Shown piece after piece: positions 49,135 to 59,915 of a stretch of 64,000 nt of DNA; the first letter of the stretch is position 1; each line of letters starts with the position of its first letter. This stretch comes from a virus. The stretch covers positions 52,145-116,144 of the IMG/VR virus record IMGVR_UViG_3300042868_009121. One strand, given 5' to 3'. The notes under the pieces are model-generated. The model had not been told where the DNA came from. It made no database searches and saw only the letters and a program-made list of their open reading frames with translations. A program made the translations under genes and the position numbers.

Positions 49135-49647
49135 TTAAGGGGTTATATATGTAGAGTCTTCTAAACCCACATACATTGATGCAGATGTAAACCAAATAGA
49201 CCCGGCTTTAGTATCTCCTGTTGGATCAAAAGACTGCGTAGCTATCTGAATTATACTCTGACTAACTGTTAAAACTGGTTGTTTTGTTGTAAAATTACGA
49301 ACTATAAATAAATTACTATATATGTCTGTATCTCCTGAACTAGATATATTAAAGTACTGTGTAAATCCAGAATTAATTAAAAATAAATTTTCAGGAGTTA
49401 CATTTACACTAGCAGAAATGCTCCCTGTTCCTATTCTAAATCCGGAAATTCCTTGTATATTAAATCCATCAATATAAGAAGCAGTCAAAGCAAAACTAGA
49501 AGTTCCTAGTAAAGATCCAGTTATACTACCTAAAACATTTAGTGAGCCAGTAAATTCAAATACATCTGCACTAATTAACAAGCTATTTGCTTCTAATAAA
49601 GAAGCAGTTAAAGAGCCTGTAACAGATGTACTTTGTAATTGAGCCAT
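49135..49647 (-). CDS. Fibre/structural protein
   Basis: ADVFEFTGS and TGSLLGTSS motifs shared with neighbours. Confidence 0.7.
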   Translation of the reverse strand: MAQLQSTSVTGSLTASLLEANSLLISADVFEFTGSLNVLGSITGSLLGTSSFALTASYIDGFNIQGISGFRIGTGSISASVNVTPENLFLINSGFTQYFNISSSGDTDIYSNLFIVRNFTTKQPVLTVSQSIIQIATQSFDPTGDTKAGSIWFTSASMYVGLEDSTYITP

Positions 49648-49648
49648 T

Positions 49649-52600
49649 TTACTTAATTAGTTGTTTAACTTGATCTTCTAATACCTCTATTCTTTTTTGT
49701 TGCTCCTTTATTACGTTTATAAATATAGTTGCTAGTTTTCCATATTGTATACCTATAGGATTACCAACATCGTCTTTAGATACAAATTCAGGAAATAAAT
49801 CTTCTAGTTCTTCTGCTATTAAACCTATATCTTCTTTTTTAGTGTCTTTCCAATTAAATGAAACAGGATTTAGGTTTTTAAACTTCTCTAAATCTGTTGA
49901 GTATGATTGTATATTTTCTTTTAATGTTCTTGTTGAAGTTTCAATTAGTGTAGTAACCCTAGCAGTTCCATTAACATCTAAAGGATATGCTGGTGTTGAT
50001 GTTCCTATACCTACGTAACCACTATCTAATATTATTACTCTTTCTGTTCCTCCTACAGTTGTAGCAGATGTAAAGAATCTTATATGCGCATTGCCATCAC
50101 TACCTGTTGCTAAAAAGTTAAGTCCACCATTACCATTAGAAACTATAAAACTTCCTGTAGGTCTATATGCTCCTTGTAAAACAACTCCTTGACCAGCAAA
50201 TCCAACATTTATAAATCTATTATTAGCTACACTACTACCAGCTTGAAATGATGAAAAAGCATCTGCATTAGAAGAGTTTGCATTTTCTACTCTAAGACCG
50301 AGTGTAGCGTTTGCACTTCCTGAAATGTGTATTGTTGAAGTTGGATTTGTTAATCCAATACCTAAATTACCAGAAGACTGATAAACTGCACTACTTGATA
50401 AAACAGTTTGTCCATTCCATATAGGTATATAATTAGTTGTTCCTCCTAATACATTTGAGCTAGTTAATGCAAAACTAGCAGTACCAAATAAAGACCCGGT
50501 AATACCATCACGAACTCTTAATGATCCTGTTATTGTTGAGCTTCCTGAAATTAATACAGATCCTGTTACACTTAATAAATTTGATATATAACTTCTTAAT
50601 CCATAATAATTTGCAACTTTTGCACTAGGATTTCCTATATCATAAAGAGAATCTCCGACTGGAAATATATGACCGGATCCTGATACATTATATGTGCCAC
50701 TAATTAACCATCTGTTTGTACCACTTGTACCAAAATATATTTCTCCCCCAGGACCAGATGCATCAAGTAACATACCTCTACTTCCTCCCCCATCACCTGA
50801 TGTTCTTAATACTGTTGAATACGGACTACCTCCAGCTAAAATTGATAATTTTTGATATCCAGCATCTCCTGGATTTCCTACATTAAATATATCTATTTTG
50901 CCTGATGCAAGTGGATCAGGATTTTTTAAATTTTCAACATGTATAGTTGTTAATTTTGATGTGCCAGATGCATTAAGTAAATAACTTGTACTAGAACTAG
51001 AACCTGAAATTAAGAGACTTCCTGTTATAACAGCTGATCCTGAAAATGGAAATGCTGATCCTGCGTTTAATGCGTAAGAAGCTGTTGTAGCAAAACTAGC
51101 AGTTCCTAGTAAAGATCCAGTAATACTTCCACTAACTCTTAACGAGCCTGTGAATTCGAATACATCTGACCTGATGTAAAAATCATCTGCTGAGGAAGCA
51201 GTTGCGGCATACGATGCGCTTATTATACTATTGGAACCAAAAGGTCCCCATACATTAGAGGCGGTAACAAAAGATGCGGTGTCTGATTGTGCTGCTGCTG
51301 GCGCCCAAGATGCACTAACTGCCCAGCTAGAAGTACCAAATAATGACCCGGTAATACTTCCATTAACTCGTAGTGAACCGGTAAATTCAAATACATCTGC
51401 TCGTATATAAAAGTCATCAGCAGAAGATGCAGTTAATGCTTGAGATGCTGTTAAAGCATAAGATGCTGTAAGTGGTATTAAAGCAGAAGATGCAGTATAA
51501 TGTAATTGACCAGTTGAAGTGTTTACTAAAACTACATTAGTTTCAGGAGATTCAATAAGACTAGGAAAGAAAATAGATCCTGTAGCTGTTAAACTTCCAG
51601 ATATTCCAGTATTACCTATAATATGTAATTTATAAGAACCTGTTTGAGTAGTTCCTATTGAAAAATTTCCTGCGAAATAGTTACTAATAGCTACTTCAGA
51701 TTGATATATACCCCATCTACCACTTGGAATTACTATACTTCCCATATTCACATAAGCCGCGTTACCGCTACCGCCTATTGCAGCCATTGCAATACCACCT
51801 CTATTAGTTCCTGTGTAGTTAGCTATTCTTATAGCTCTATAAGTACCTATAGTTCCAGTAAGATTACCTCTTTCTAAATAAATTAAATCAGCTTCATCTG
51901 TTGTTGTTCCTGTACCAAAAAATGCCGCTAAATTAAAACATCTTAAATTTTGAAGACTTCCGCCTCCTAATAAATTATTAAATACGCTTAATTGAAATGC
52001 TCTTGCTACAAGTTGATTAGTTGCAGATGATGCGCTAATATTATAAGAAACTTGCATCCCAATATCTGCTGTATCTGTAGCATTTGATTGGGTTTGTAAA
52101 TGAGATACAATAAATGTTGATCCTGTTGATTTAGTAGAATTTACAGTAAGGCTATAAAAGCTAGAAGTAATAGTTCTATTTCCTGTTAAGGTACCATCAG
52201 AATTATAAATGTTTGGAGCATAACTAGCAGTTCCTAATAATGATCCTGTAATACTTCCATCAACTCTTAATGATCCTGTAAATTCAAATACATCAGACCT
52301 GATATAAAAATCGTCAGCAGATGATGCTGTTGCAGCGTACGATGCACTTATAATACTATTTGAGCCAAACGGTCCCCAAACATTTGATGCTGTTACAAAT
52401 GAAGCAGTATCTGATTGTGTTGCAGATGGCGCCCAAGATGCACTAACTGCCCAACTAGAAGTACCGTATAGTGAACCAGTAATTCCACCATCAACTATTA
52501 CCGACCCTGTGAATTCAAATACATCTGCTAAAACAGTTAGATTATCTACTGTTAAACTTCCAGTTATGAAAACTGACCCTGTAAATTGATGTGTATTAGA

Positions 52601-53962
52601 TTGTTGAGAACCAAATATAGTTGATCCTGTTATATATTCTGTACTAGAAGTAATTACTTGAGCTACAATTGTTTGTGCAGTTAAAGTACCCCTAACTAAA
52701 AAATCGTCTGCTGATGATGCTGTTAAAGCGTTATATGCCCAAGATGCAGTACCTACTACATTTAATGCATGAGATGCTGTAACTGCATAACTTGCAGTTC
52801 CTAGTAAAGATCCAGTAATACTTCCACTAACTCTTAACGAGCCTGTGAATTCAAATACATCTGATCTAATATAAAAATCATCAGCAGATGAAGCTGTTGC
52901 AGCATATGATGCGCTTATTATACTATTAGAACCGAATGGACCCCAAACATTTGATGCAGTTACAAATGAGGCTGTATCAGATTGAGCTGCTGCTGGCGCC
53001 CAAGATGCACTAACTGCCCAACTAGAAGTACCGTATAGTGAACCAGTAATACTTCCGCTAACTCTTAGCGAACCAGTAAATTCGAATACATCTGCTCGTA
53101 TATAAAAGTCATCAGCAGAGGATGCAGTTAATGCATTATAAGCCCAACTTGCTGTTCCTACTACATTTAAAGCATGTGATGCAGTAATTGCATAAGACGC
53201 TGTTCCTAATAAAGATCCAGTAATTCCTCCATCAACTTCAAGAGACCCTGTAAATTCAAATCTATCTGCTCTAATATAGAAATTATCAGCAGATGATGCT
53301 GTTAAAGCAAGAGATGCTGTTTTTATACTGTCAAACCCATAAGGACCATAAACATTAGAAGAAGAAACATAAGATGCGGTTGCCGCTTGTTCAGCATTAG
53401 GTGCCCAAGATGCACTTACAGCCCAACTTGAAGTACCATATAAAGATCCTGTAATACTGCCACTTACTCTTATTGAACCAGTAAATTCAAATATGTCTGC
53501 GTTTACTATTAATTGATCTGTAGTTAAAGATCCACTTATATTAATTGAACCAGTAAACTCAAATACATCGGCATTTACCGTTAAATTGTCTGTTACTAAT
53601 GTACCTCCTACCTGAAAAGTAGAACTTCCAGTATCGTAAAATAAATCTGCTGAAGCAGATGCACGATTAACACTGCCATCAGAAATTAGTAATCTACCTT
53701 GTACAGGATTAGCTATTGTATTAAAACCGGTTCCTGAAGTACCTGAGGATCCATTTGCACCAGAAGTACCATTTGTTCCATTTACGCCAGAAGTACCATT
53801 AGTTCCACCAGTGCCACCTCCGCCGCCGCTTCCGTAATAAAAATTACCTTCTCCGTCTACAACAACTACTCTAGTAGCTAAATTATTTTCATTTAGATTA
53901 ACTTTTAGAGTATTGAACCTGGCGTTACCGTCTTGTTTAGGCGCTTCTATACGAAATCCCAT
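49649..53962 (-). CDS. Repeat-rich long fibre with C-terminal S74-like chaperone
   Basis: Repeated D.FEFTGS...TGSL.GT.S modules; C-terminal STRTLKENI...GLIAEE. Confidence 0.85.
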   Translation of the reverse strand: MGFRIEAPKQDGNARFNTLKVNLNENNLATRVVVVDGEGNFYYGSGGGGGTGGTNGTSGVNGTNGTSGANGSSGTSGTGFNTIANPVQGRLLISDGSVNRASASADLFYDTGSSTFQVGGTLVTDNLTVNADVFEFTGSINISGSLTTDQLIVNADIFEFTGSIRVSGSITGSLYGTSSWAVSASWAPNAEQAATASYVSSSNVYGPYGFDSIKTASLALTASSADNFYIRADRFEFTGSLEVDGGITGSLLGTASYAITASHALNVVGTASWAYNALTASSADDFYIRADVFEFTGSLRVSGSITGSLYGTSSWAVSASWAPAAAQSDTASFVTASNVWGPFGSNSIISASYAATASSADDFYIRSDVFEFTGSLRVSGSITGSLLGTASYAVTASHALNVVGTASWAYNALTASSADDFLVRGTLTAQTIVAQVITSSTEYITGSTIFGSQQSNTHQFTGSVFITGSLTVDNLTVLADVFEFTGSVIVDGGITGSLYGTSSWAVSASWAPSATQSDTASFVTASNVWGPFGSNSIISASYAATASSADDFYIRSDVFEFTGSLRVDGSITGSLLGTASYAPNIYNSDGTLTGNRTITSSFYSLTVNSTKSTGSTFIVSHLQTQSNATDTADIGMQVSYNISASSATNQLVARAFQLSVFNNLLGGGSLQNLRCFNLAAFFGTGTTTDEADLIYLERGNLTGTIGTYRAIRIANYTGTNRGGIAMAAIGGSGNAAYVNMGSIVIPSGRWGIYQSEVAISNYFAGNFSIGTTQTGSYKLHIIGNTGISGSLTATGSIFFPSLIESPETNVVLVNTSTGQLHYTASSALIPLTASYALTASQALTASSADDFYIRADVFEFTGSLRVNGSITGSLFGTSSWAVSASWAPAAAQSDTASFVTASNVWGPFGSNSIISASYAATASSADDFYIRSDVFEFTGSLRVSGSITGSLLGTASFATTASYALNAGSAFPFSGSAVITGSLLISGSSSSTSYLLNASGTSKLTTIHVENLKNPDPLASGKIDIFNVGNPGDAGYQKLSILAGGSPYSTVLRTSGDGGGSRGMLLDASGPGGEIYFGTSGTNRWLISGTYNVSGSGHIFPVGDSLYDIGNPSAKVANYYGLRSYISNLLSVTGSVLISGSSTITGSLRVRDGITGSLFGTASFALTSSNVLGGTTNYIPIWNGQTVLSSSAVYQSSGNLGIGLTNPTSTIHISGSANATLGLRVENANSSNADAFSSFQAGSSVANNRFINVGFAGQGVVLQGAYRPTGSFIVSNGNGGLNFLATGSDGNAHIRFFTSATTVGGTERVIILDSGYVGIGTSTPAYPLDVNGTARVTTLIETSTRTLKENIQSYSTDLEKFKNLNPVSFNWKDTKKEDIGLIAEELEDLFPEFVSKDDVGNPIGIQYGKLATIFINVIKEQQKRIEVLEDQVKQLIK
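51099..53050. repeat. Intragenic direct repeats
   Basis: 59-bp identity 51099-51157 = 52794-52852; 57-bp identity 52427-52483 = 52994-53050. Confidence 0.85.
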
Positions 53963-54006
53963 CTCGGACTATCTTTCTAATACATATTTGGGATTTATAA
54001 ATTATA

Positions 54007-56088
54007 CTAAGAAATATGGTTTTGAATAGCTTTTATAACTTCTTCTCCTGATATTGTTTTACTGCATTCAAACTGTCTTTGTGTTCCTTTATGTTTTGGG
54101 CACCAATTCCAATCACCTGGGTCTAGTTGATGTGTATTAAAACATCCTCTACAGAATCCATTTTTTGTATATACTCTAATTGCATCTTCAAATTCAGTTA
54201 TTGGATCTGAAAATCCTGATACTACGCATGTTTTTGTTCCTAATGCCCAACTAAGCCAACTTAATCCACTACTAATACCAATAAACATTTCAGATCTTTG
54301 TAACATTTCTATAGTTGTTTCTATAGTTGTATTAGTAAGATACTCTACTCCTTTAGGATTGGCATTACCCATATATCCGTCTTCTTCTTTTGATAACATC
54401 ACAACTCTATATCCTTTAGATTTTAAGTAGTCAACTACTTTTTGCCATCCTGTTTTATTATTCCAGTATTTAGCTTGGGCTGTACTATGAACTGCTATTG
54501 ATATGATCTTTTCTTTCTTTATACTTTTATCAACTGTTATTCTAGGTCTTAGTTCTTTATACTCTAAACCTAAAATATCTGATGCTGTTTGTTGTAATGG
54601 AATATGCTTGAAGTCTTTAGGATTTTTATTATAGTCAATAGTTCCATCTTCATTATAAAACCATCCTATAGTATACATTGCATAGAGATTATTAACAGTT
54701 TCTCCAGGCTTAGCAAACTCAAAGTTGGGATATTCTTTTTCAAAAAAATGATTCCAAAATGTTGATGCTATTATTTTACAATTATATTTCTTTTGAAACT
54801 CTTCTATGTAAGGAAACCATGCTAGGGTATCGCCTAAAGATTTTGAGTCTAGTGCAATATAAACTCTTTTATCTCTTAAGTCTAAATTGTATTCATACTC
54901 ATGAATTCCATCAAAAGCTTTTATTTTCCAATCAATAAAACTTTGTTTACTAGCTTTAATCCAACAATTAGAAGATATTTTTCCTGAGTGTAAAACTTCA
55001 TTTGTTTTATTATCTATAAAAGATATGTCATAATCTAATTGCTTGCCTCCTACGATTTCAAATAATGCTCCTTGAATAAAATTAATATTAAATTGAGGAA
55101 CCGGTTCTTTTGATGGTATAGCTAGTATGTTTGCACTTTCGTAACCTTGTATAAGTTGATCTTTCATAGTGTTAGAATATTTTTTTACTAACTCTTTTGT
55201 TCTATTCATCCACGATAATTCTAAAGCTGTTGTTTTAGCTAGTTTAGAATATCTAAGATATTTTATTGGGCTTATTAATTTAGATATGGCTTCTACTATT
55301 TGATCTGTGTTTCTTTCTATTTTGATCAAGCCTTTTAATTCATTATTGTCTTCATATGTTCCTACTACAGGAAGCCCAGATGCCATAGCTTCAAGCAAAG
55401 TTAGATTAGGATGACCTGCCTCTAATATAGATGCGTGAACAAATATGCTATGCTCTTTATATAAGTCTCTTAATTCATCTTCAGTTAAATCATAAAGAAT
55501 AGTAAGTTTGTTATAATCAGAAGGAAACTTTTCAAAATAGTTTTTGTTGTTACTAGGTCCAGCTATAGTAATAGGAATATCTAATTGTTTAGCAGCTTCA
55601 ATAGCATAACTAAATCCCTTTCTATCTTCAGACTGATCATGAATAAATCCATTATTTGCTACACATAATAACTTATGTTCTTTAACTCCTGTAGGAGTAA
55701 AATAATCTGTGTTTACTCCATGAGAAAAGTATTCAGGTATTCCTTCAAAGTAGTCTACTAAGAATTTAGCGGGGACAAATGCTTTTTTAGCATTCTTTAT
55801 AGCCTTTAGATTTTCTTTATAACTACTAGAATCTTTACCATAAAGATAAGCATGGTGATCATGCATAGTGAAGTAATAAGGGATACCTCTTTGGTGCGCC
55901 AGGTTCGCTAGGTTTGCCACATGAATATGTACTATATCATAATCATTTACATCGTCCAGATACGCGATTGTGGAGTCATGGCCTAGTTTTAGAAGGCAGT
56001 TGTGTGTCTCCCATATAATCTTTTCAACGGCTCCCCAACCATTAGGTGGAATAGGTATTAAACCTGGAGTAACATTAACTATTTTCAT
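54007..56088 (-). CDS. GT4 glycosyltransferase fused to Aah/TibC-like protein O-heptosyltransferase domain
   Basis: GWGAVEK, LLEAMASGLPVV; SLGDTLAWFPY, IGISSGLSWLSWA, CRGC..WCP.H...FEC. Confidence 0.85.
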   Translation of the reverse strand: MKIVNVTPGLIPIPPNGWGAVEKIIWETHNCLLKLGHDSTIAYLDDVNDYDIVHIHVANLANLAHQRGIPYYFTMHDHHAYLYGKDSSSYKENLKAIKNAKKAFVPAKFLVDYFEGIPEYFSHGVNTDYFTPTGVKEHKLLCVANNGFIHDQSEDRKGFSYAIEAAKQLDIPITIAGPSNNKNYFEKFPSDYNKLTILYDLTEDELRDLYKEHSIFVHASILEAGHPNLTLLEAMASGLPVVGTYEDNNELKGLIKIERNTDQIVEAISKLISPIKYLRYSKLAKTTALELSWMNRTKELVKKYSNTMKDQLIQGYESANILAIPSKEPVPQFNINFIQGALFEIVGGKQLDYDISFIDNKTNEVLHSGKISSNCWIKASKQSFIDWKIKAFDGIHEYEYNLDLRDKRVYIALDSKSLGDTLAWFPYIEEFQKKYNCKIIASTFWNHFFEKEYPNFEFAKPGETVNNLYAMYTIGWFYNEDGTIDYNKNPKDFKHIPLQQTASDILGLEYKELRPRITVDKSIKKEKIISIAVHSTAQAKYWNNKTGWQKVVDYLKSKGYRVVMLSKEEDGYMGNANPKGVEYLTNTTIETTIEMLQRSEMFIGISSGLSWLSWALGTKTCVVSGFSDPITEFEDAIRVYTKNGFCRGCFNTHQLDPGDWNWCPKHKGTQRQFECSKTISGEEVIKAIQNHIS

Positions 56089-59000
56089 TTGAATGTTATA
56101 ATAGTTTTTAGTGCCTCTATATTATTTTTATTTACTACGTAGAACTTAGATTTATGATCATTCATGATTATTTCTATTTCTATATCTTCATCACTTAAAT
56201 CAAATAAATTATAAGAATGTCCATTAGTTCCAGAAATAAAATGATCAATTATTTCATCAGTTTTATTTTTTCTTTTAATAATAATTTTAGATTTGTTACT
56301 ATTAGTAGAACTACAATTCCAAGTAATTATAGCAAATTTAGTATTATCTATAGGACAGTATTGCTCTTCCATTCCTTCTTTTGAATATGCTACTTTATAA
56401 ACAGACGATACAAATCCATCTACTATAAAATCAGATTCTGCTGCTGAAGTTATTGTATTCCATGAGGAGTCTGGAAAGTCTATTTTTACTTGTTTTGGTG
56501 TATTAACTATTAGATTTTTATAGCCTTCATCATTTCTTAATAATCTTAATAGATAATCTTCTACAAGAATAAATTCATTTTCTTTACTTCCTAATTTTAA
56601 TTTAGAATTTACATAATCTTCTTCTTTATTAATATTAGGCATAATTTTAGTAAAATAGTCTAAGCTTAAATACCACAATTGATAAGATAGATATTTGTCT
56701 TCATTTACATAAATGTAACCATTTTTATCTTTAGTTTCATACATTATATGTTTTATCTTGTCTACATTTTTTATTTCAGAATCATATTCAATTCTAAAGA
56801 AATGAGTAAATCCTAATGACTTTGCAAGATTAGTTGAATGATGTAAATTTGATAGTACAGATAGTCCATGTTTTTGATTTACATTATTAGAAAAAGAAAA
56901 ATACTTATCTTTGTCTGTATACCAAATAAATACGGTATCATCACTTATATATTCATTTTTAAATAGTCTATTGTTTTTATCATACAATATATAATCAACA
57001 TCTTTTATTACTGACTCGCTAAAATTACTATTAGTAACTAGCATTATAGGAATCTTAGTATTTTTTAAATTAGCTATTGTTTTTTTAAATGTAGTGAAAC
57101 ATTCTTTATCATGAAAAAAAGCATCAATTATTATAATAGGTTTTATTTTATTTTTTAAATCTATTATGTCTTTATAAGCATTTTTAATTACTTTAGATTG
57201 TTTTGATCCTACATTCATTTTCCAATCCCAATGTTTCTCTCCATATGCTCCTCCTGGTGTTATTCTGTAAACTCCTCCTGTCCATCTATCATTTCTTCCT
57301 TTTCCTGATTCTAATAATAAACAATGTAAAGCCCAATATCCATCAAAAACATCTTCATGGAAAAACCATTCTGGGAATGAATAATTTTGCTCTTTAAAAA
57401 TATTTCTAAACATAAAACCAAAAGACATATAATTAGCTTCCATATTATCTAAAAGCTCTACTTCTGGTTGGATCCCATAACAAGCATATTTAGTATACTC
57501 TTCTTTTGGATTTTCAGTTTCTTTTTGAAAATGTCCTGTACTATGTACAGAGTATTCTGTATTAGATTGTAAAAAATCTATTTGTTTTTGTAATTTATAG
57601 TCATCTACATAAAAATCGTCTCCATCTAATATAGTAATATATTCAGATTTTACTTTTTTAAGTAAATTAGATACCATTAAAGGAGTAGACCCTTGATTAA
57701 TTTTATTTTTATTTAGAATTACATTTTTATGATCTTTATACTTTTGAAGTATTTTCCAAGTATTATCTGTAGAACAATCATCTGATATTAGAATATTAAA
57801 ATTAAAGAGTGTTTTTTGTCTTAATACACTATTTACAGATTGCTCTATATATTTTTCATGGTTATAAGTAGGGATAACTACAGTAAGTAATTTTTCTTCT
57901 GTAGGCTTTTTAGCATAAATTGTCCCTAATACTTCAGTTTGATAAAAACCTTTTATACTATGGTTGTTTTTAGAATTTTGATCTCTTATTTGATCTATAT
58001 CAAAACCTTTAGATACTAATTTGTCTACTAATTTTCCTACTTTTTGATTATCATTGTCATGATATTCAATTAAAAACCCATCTATAATATTAAAAACTTC
58101 ATCTTCTAGTTCATCAATAATTTCATATTCAGCTCCTTCTATATCTATTTTAACTAAGGATATCTTATCAATATTATTTTGTTTAATAAATGTCTTAAGA
58201 GATATTGCTGGTACGATTACTTCTTCTAAAGAGTTTGCATGCATCTCTAAATGTTCTTTAGAAAGGCTTCCTATCGTAGTATTTGTAGGATCTATATAGA
58301 ATTTAAGGTCTTCGTCTTTAGTATAAACAGCTTTAGGAACTATTTCTACATTTAGATTATTTGTAACACTTTTTAAATTGATTAAAGACTCTTTATTAGG
58401 TTCAAATGCATAAACTTTTTTAACTCCTTTATTTGTGCATAAAAGAGAAAACAATCCACTATTAGCTCCAATATCTAAAACCAAATCTAGATTATCTAAT
58501 TCATAACAATCGTATTTATTTTCTAAAAACATCTCATTATAATTGTTAAATAAACAATCAAATGGATTATCTAAATTAAGATATATTTTATCTTGATCAG
58601 AATCTTTAATAAAAAGATCTTTTGAGAATACTAAATTATTATTTGAATCATAAAACTCTACTAAGATTGTTCCTATAGCATAGTCTTTACTAAAATCAGA
58701 TGCAGAAGTAGGAATTGGAATTACCCACCAATTAGAACCATTTTCAAAATTTGCATTAAACCAATATAAAGGAGCATTTGAGTACTTTTCTTTTATTGAT
58801 ACTTTATATACTACAGGCTCGTGTTTTTTATATGTAATATGAATTTTATTCTCTGATGGGGTTACTGATATATCAAAAACTTCATCAACTTTATTTATTT
58901 CCATTCCTAGTTTATTTAATATAGATTTTATATTTTGTTCTTTACTACTAAAATCTAGATAGTTTATATTGCTAAATTTATCAAAATAATCTAAATAAAC

Positions 59001-59861
59001 GTCTAAATTAAAAATAAGTGACGGTGTTTTCCAACTAATAGCCTCTCTAATTACTAGAGGCATTGTTTCTTTATCAGTAGCATGACCTCTAGATGTAAAT
59101 AGGAATAAGTCAGCCATTTCAAAAAAAGTATCCACATCACTTCTTTCTCCCCACCACTTACAATTTGAAGGAAAGTCTTTCATTAGAGGCTGCCAATATT
59201 GTTGAAAGTTGTCAGCTTGGTTACCAATAAAGTGAAATTGAATAGGATAGTCTTTAAGCATTCTAGCATACTCAATAACCTCTGCTTGATTCTTTCTAGG
59301 AGTGAATAATCCTACATTTATAACGTGTTTCTTATTAGGATCTAAACCTAACTTATTTAGTAATTCCTCTCTAGTATTTGTTCTTTTTTTATACTCTATA
59401 GGATATTCTACTAATTCAATAGGGATATTTAATGGCTTATAAGTCTCTACTTGATATTGACTTACCATCATGAATTTATCTGGGAAGTATAGTTTTCTAT
59501 TTATATCAAAACTTGAATCATGAGATGTTTCAACTATTTTATACTTTCTATTTATTGAATAGAATTTATCAGCCACATCAAAAGGCATAAACATTTCAGG
59601 TATTTCCTGAAGGTGGATTACGTCTGGATTATACTCTTCGATTAGCTTAAATAAATGGTGCTTATATTGATCTAAAGTGATAAGTCTACTACCTAAAAGG
59701 TTTTTAATCCTATTTCTTTGAACTACAAGATTACCTCCTGTAACATCATCCCACTCTAAACAATATACTGTATGTTCTTTATATAAAGCCTCTATTTGTT
59801 TGTAAAGATATTGAGGCATTCCACCTGTAGAAAGGTGTGGAGCAATAAAAAATATTATCAT
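56085..59861 (-). CDS. Multidomain GT4 + FkbM methyltransferase + GT2 protein
   Basis: PHLSTGGMP, RKNQ, PLVIREA; LDIGAN, KIDIEGAE; IPTYN, DDCSTD, LDGDD. Confidence 0.85.
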   Translation of the reverse strand: MIIFFIAPHLSTGGMPQYLYKQIEALYKEHTVYCLEWDDVTGGNLVVQRNRIKNLLGSRLITLDQYKHHLFKLIEEYNPDVIHLQEIPEMFMPFDVADKFYSINRKYKIVETSHDSSFDINRKLYFPDKFMMVSQYQVETYKPLNIPIELVEYPIEYKKRTNTREELLNKLGLDPNKKHVINVGLFTPRKNQAEVIEYARMLKDYPIQFHFIGNQADNFQQYWQPLMKDFPSNCKWWGERSDVDTFFEMADLFLFTSRGHATDKETMPLVIREAISWKTPSLIFNLDVYLDYFDKFSNINYLDFSSKEQNIKSILNKLGMEINKVDEVFDISVTPSENKIHITYKKHEPVVYKVSIKEKYSNAPLYWFNANFENGSNWWVIPIPTSASDFSKDYAIGTILVEFYDSNNNLVFSKDLFIKDSDQDKIYLNLDNPFDCLFNNYNEMFLENKYDCYELDNLDLVLDIGANSGLFSLLCTNKGVKKVYAFEPNKESLINLKSVTNNLNVEIVPKAVYTKDEDLKFYIDPTNTTIGSLSKEHLEMHANSLEEVIVPAISLKTFIKQNNIDKISLVKIDIEGAEYEIIDELEDEVFNIIDGFLIEYHDNDNQKVGKLVDKLVSKGFDIDQIRDQNSKNNHSIKGFYQTEVLGTIYAKKPTEEKLLTVVIPTYNHEKYIEQSVNSVLRQKTLFNFNILISDDCSTDNTWKILQKYKDHKNVILNKNKINQGSTPLMVSNLLKKVKSEYITILDGDDFYVDDYKLQKQIDFLQSNTEYSVHSTGHFQKETENPKEEYTKYACYGIQPEVELLDNMEANYMSFGFMFRNIFKEQNYSFPEWFFHEDVFDGYWALHCLLLESGKGRNDRWTGGVYRITPGGAYGEKHWDWKMNVGSKQSKVIKNAYKDIIDLKNKIKPIIIIDAFFHDKECFTTFKKTIANLKNTKIPIMLVTNSNFSESVIKDVDYILYDKNNRLFKNEYISDDTVFIWYTDKDKYFSFSNNVNQKHGLSVLSNLHHSTNLAKSLGFTHFFRIEYDSEIKNVDKIKHIMYETKDKNGYIYVNEDKYLSYQLWYLSLDYFTKIMPNINKEEDYVNSKLKLGSKENEFILVEDYLLRLLRNDEGYKNLIVNTPKQVKIDFPDSSWNTITSAAESDFIVDGFVSSVYKVAYSKEGMEEQYCPIDNTKFAIITWNCSSTNSNKSKIIIKRKNKTDEIIDHFISGTNGHSYNLFDLSDEDIEIEIIMNDHKSKFYVVNKNNIEALKTIITFK

Positions 59862-59915
59862 AACTTATTATTCTGTTATTATAAATATATAAATTTTTAT
59901 AGCAGATTAAAATTA

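Noticed and set aside
49649-53962. Diversity-generating retroelement TR/VR pair
   Set aside because: The repeats are intragenic, differ mostly at synonymous positions rather than adenine-specifically, and no reverse transcriptase is present
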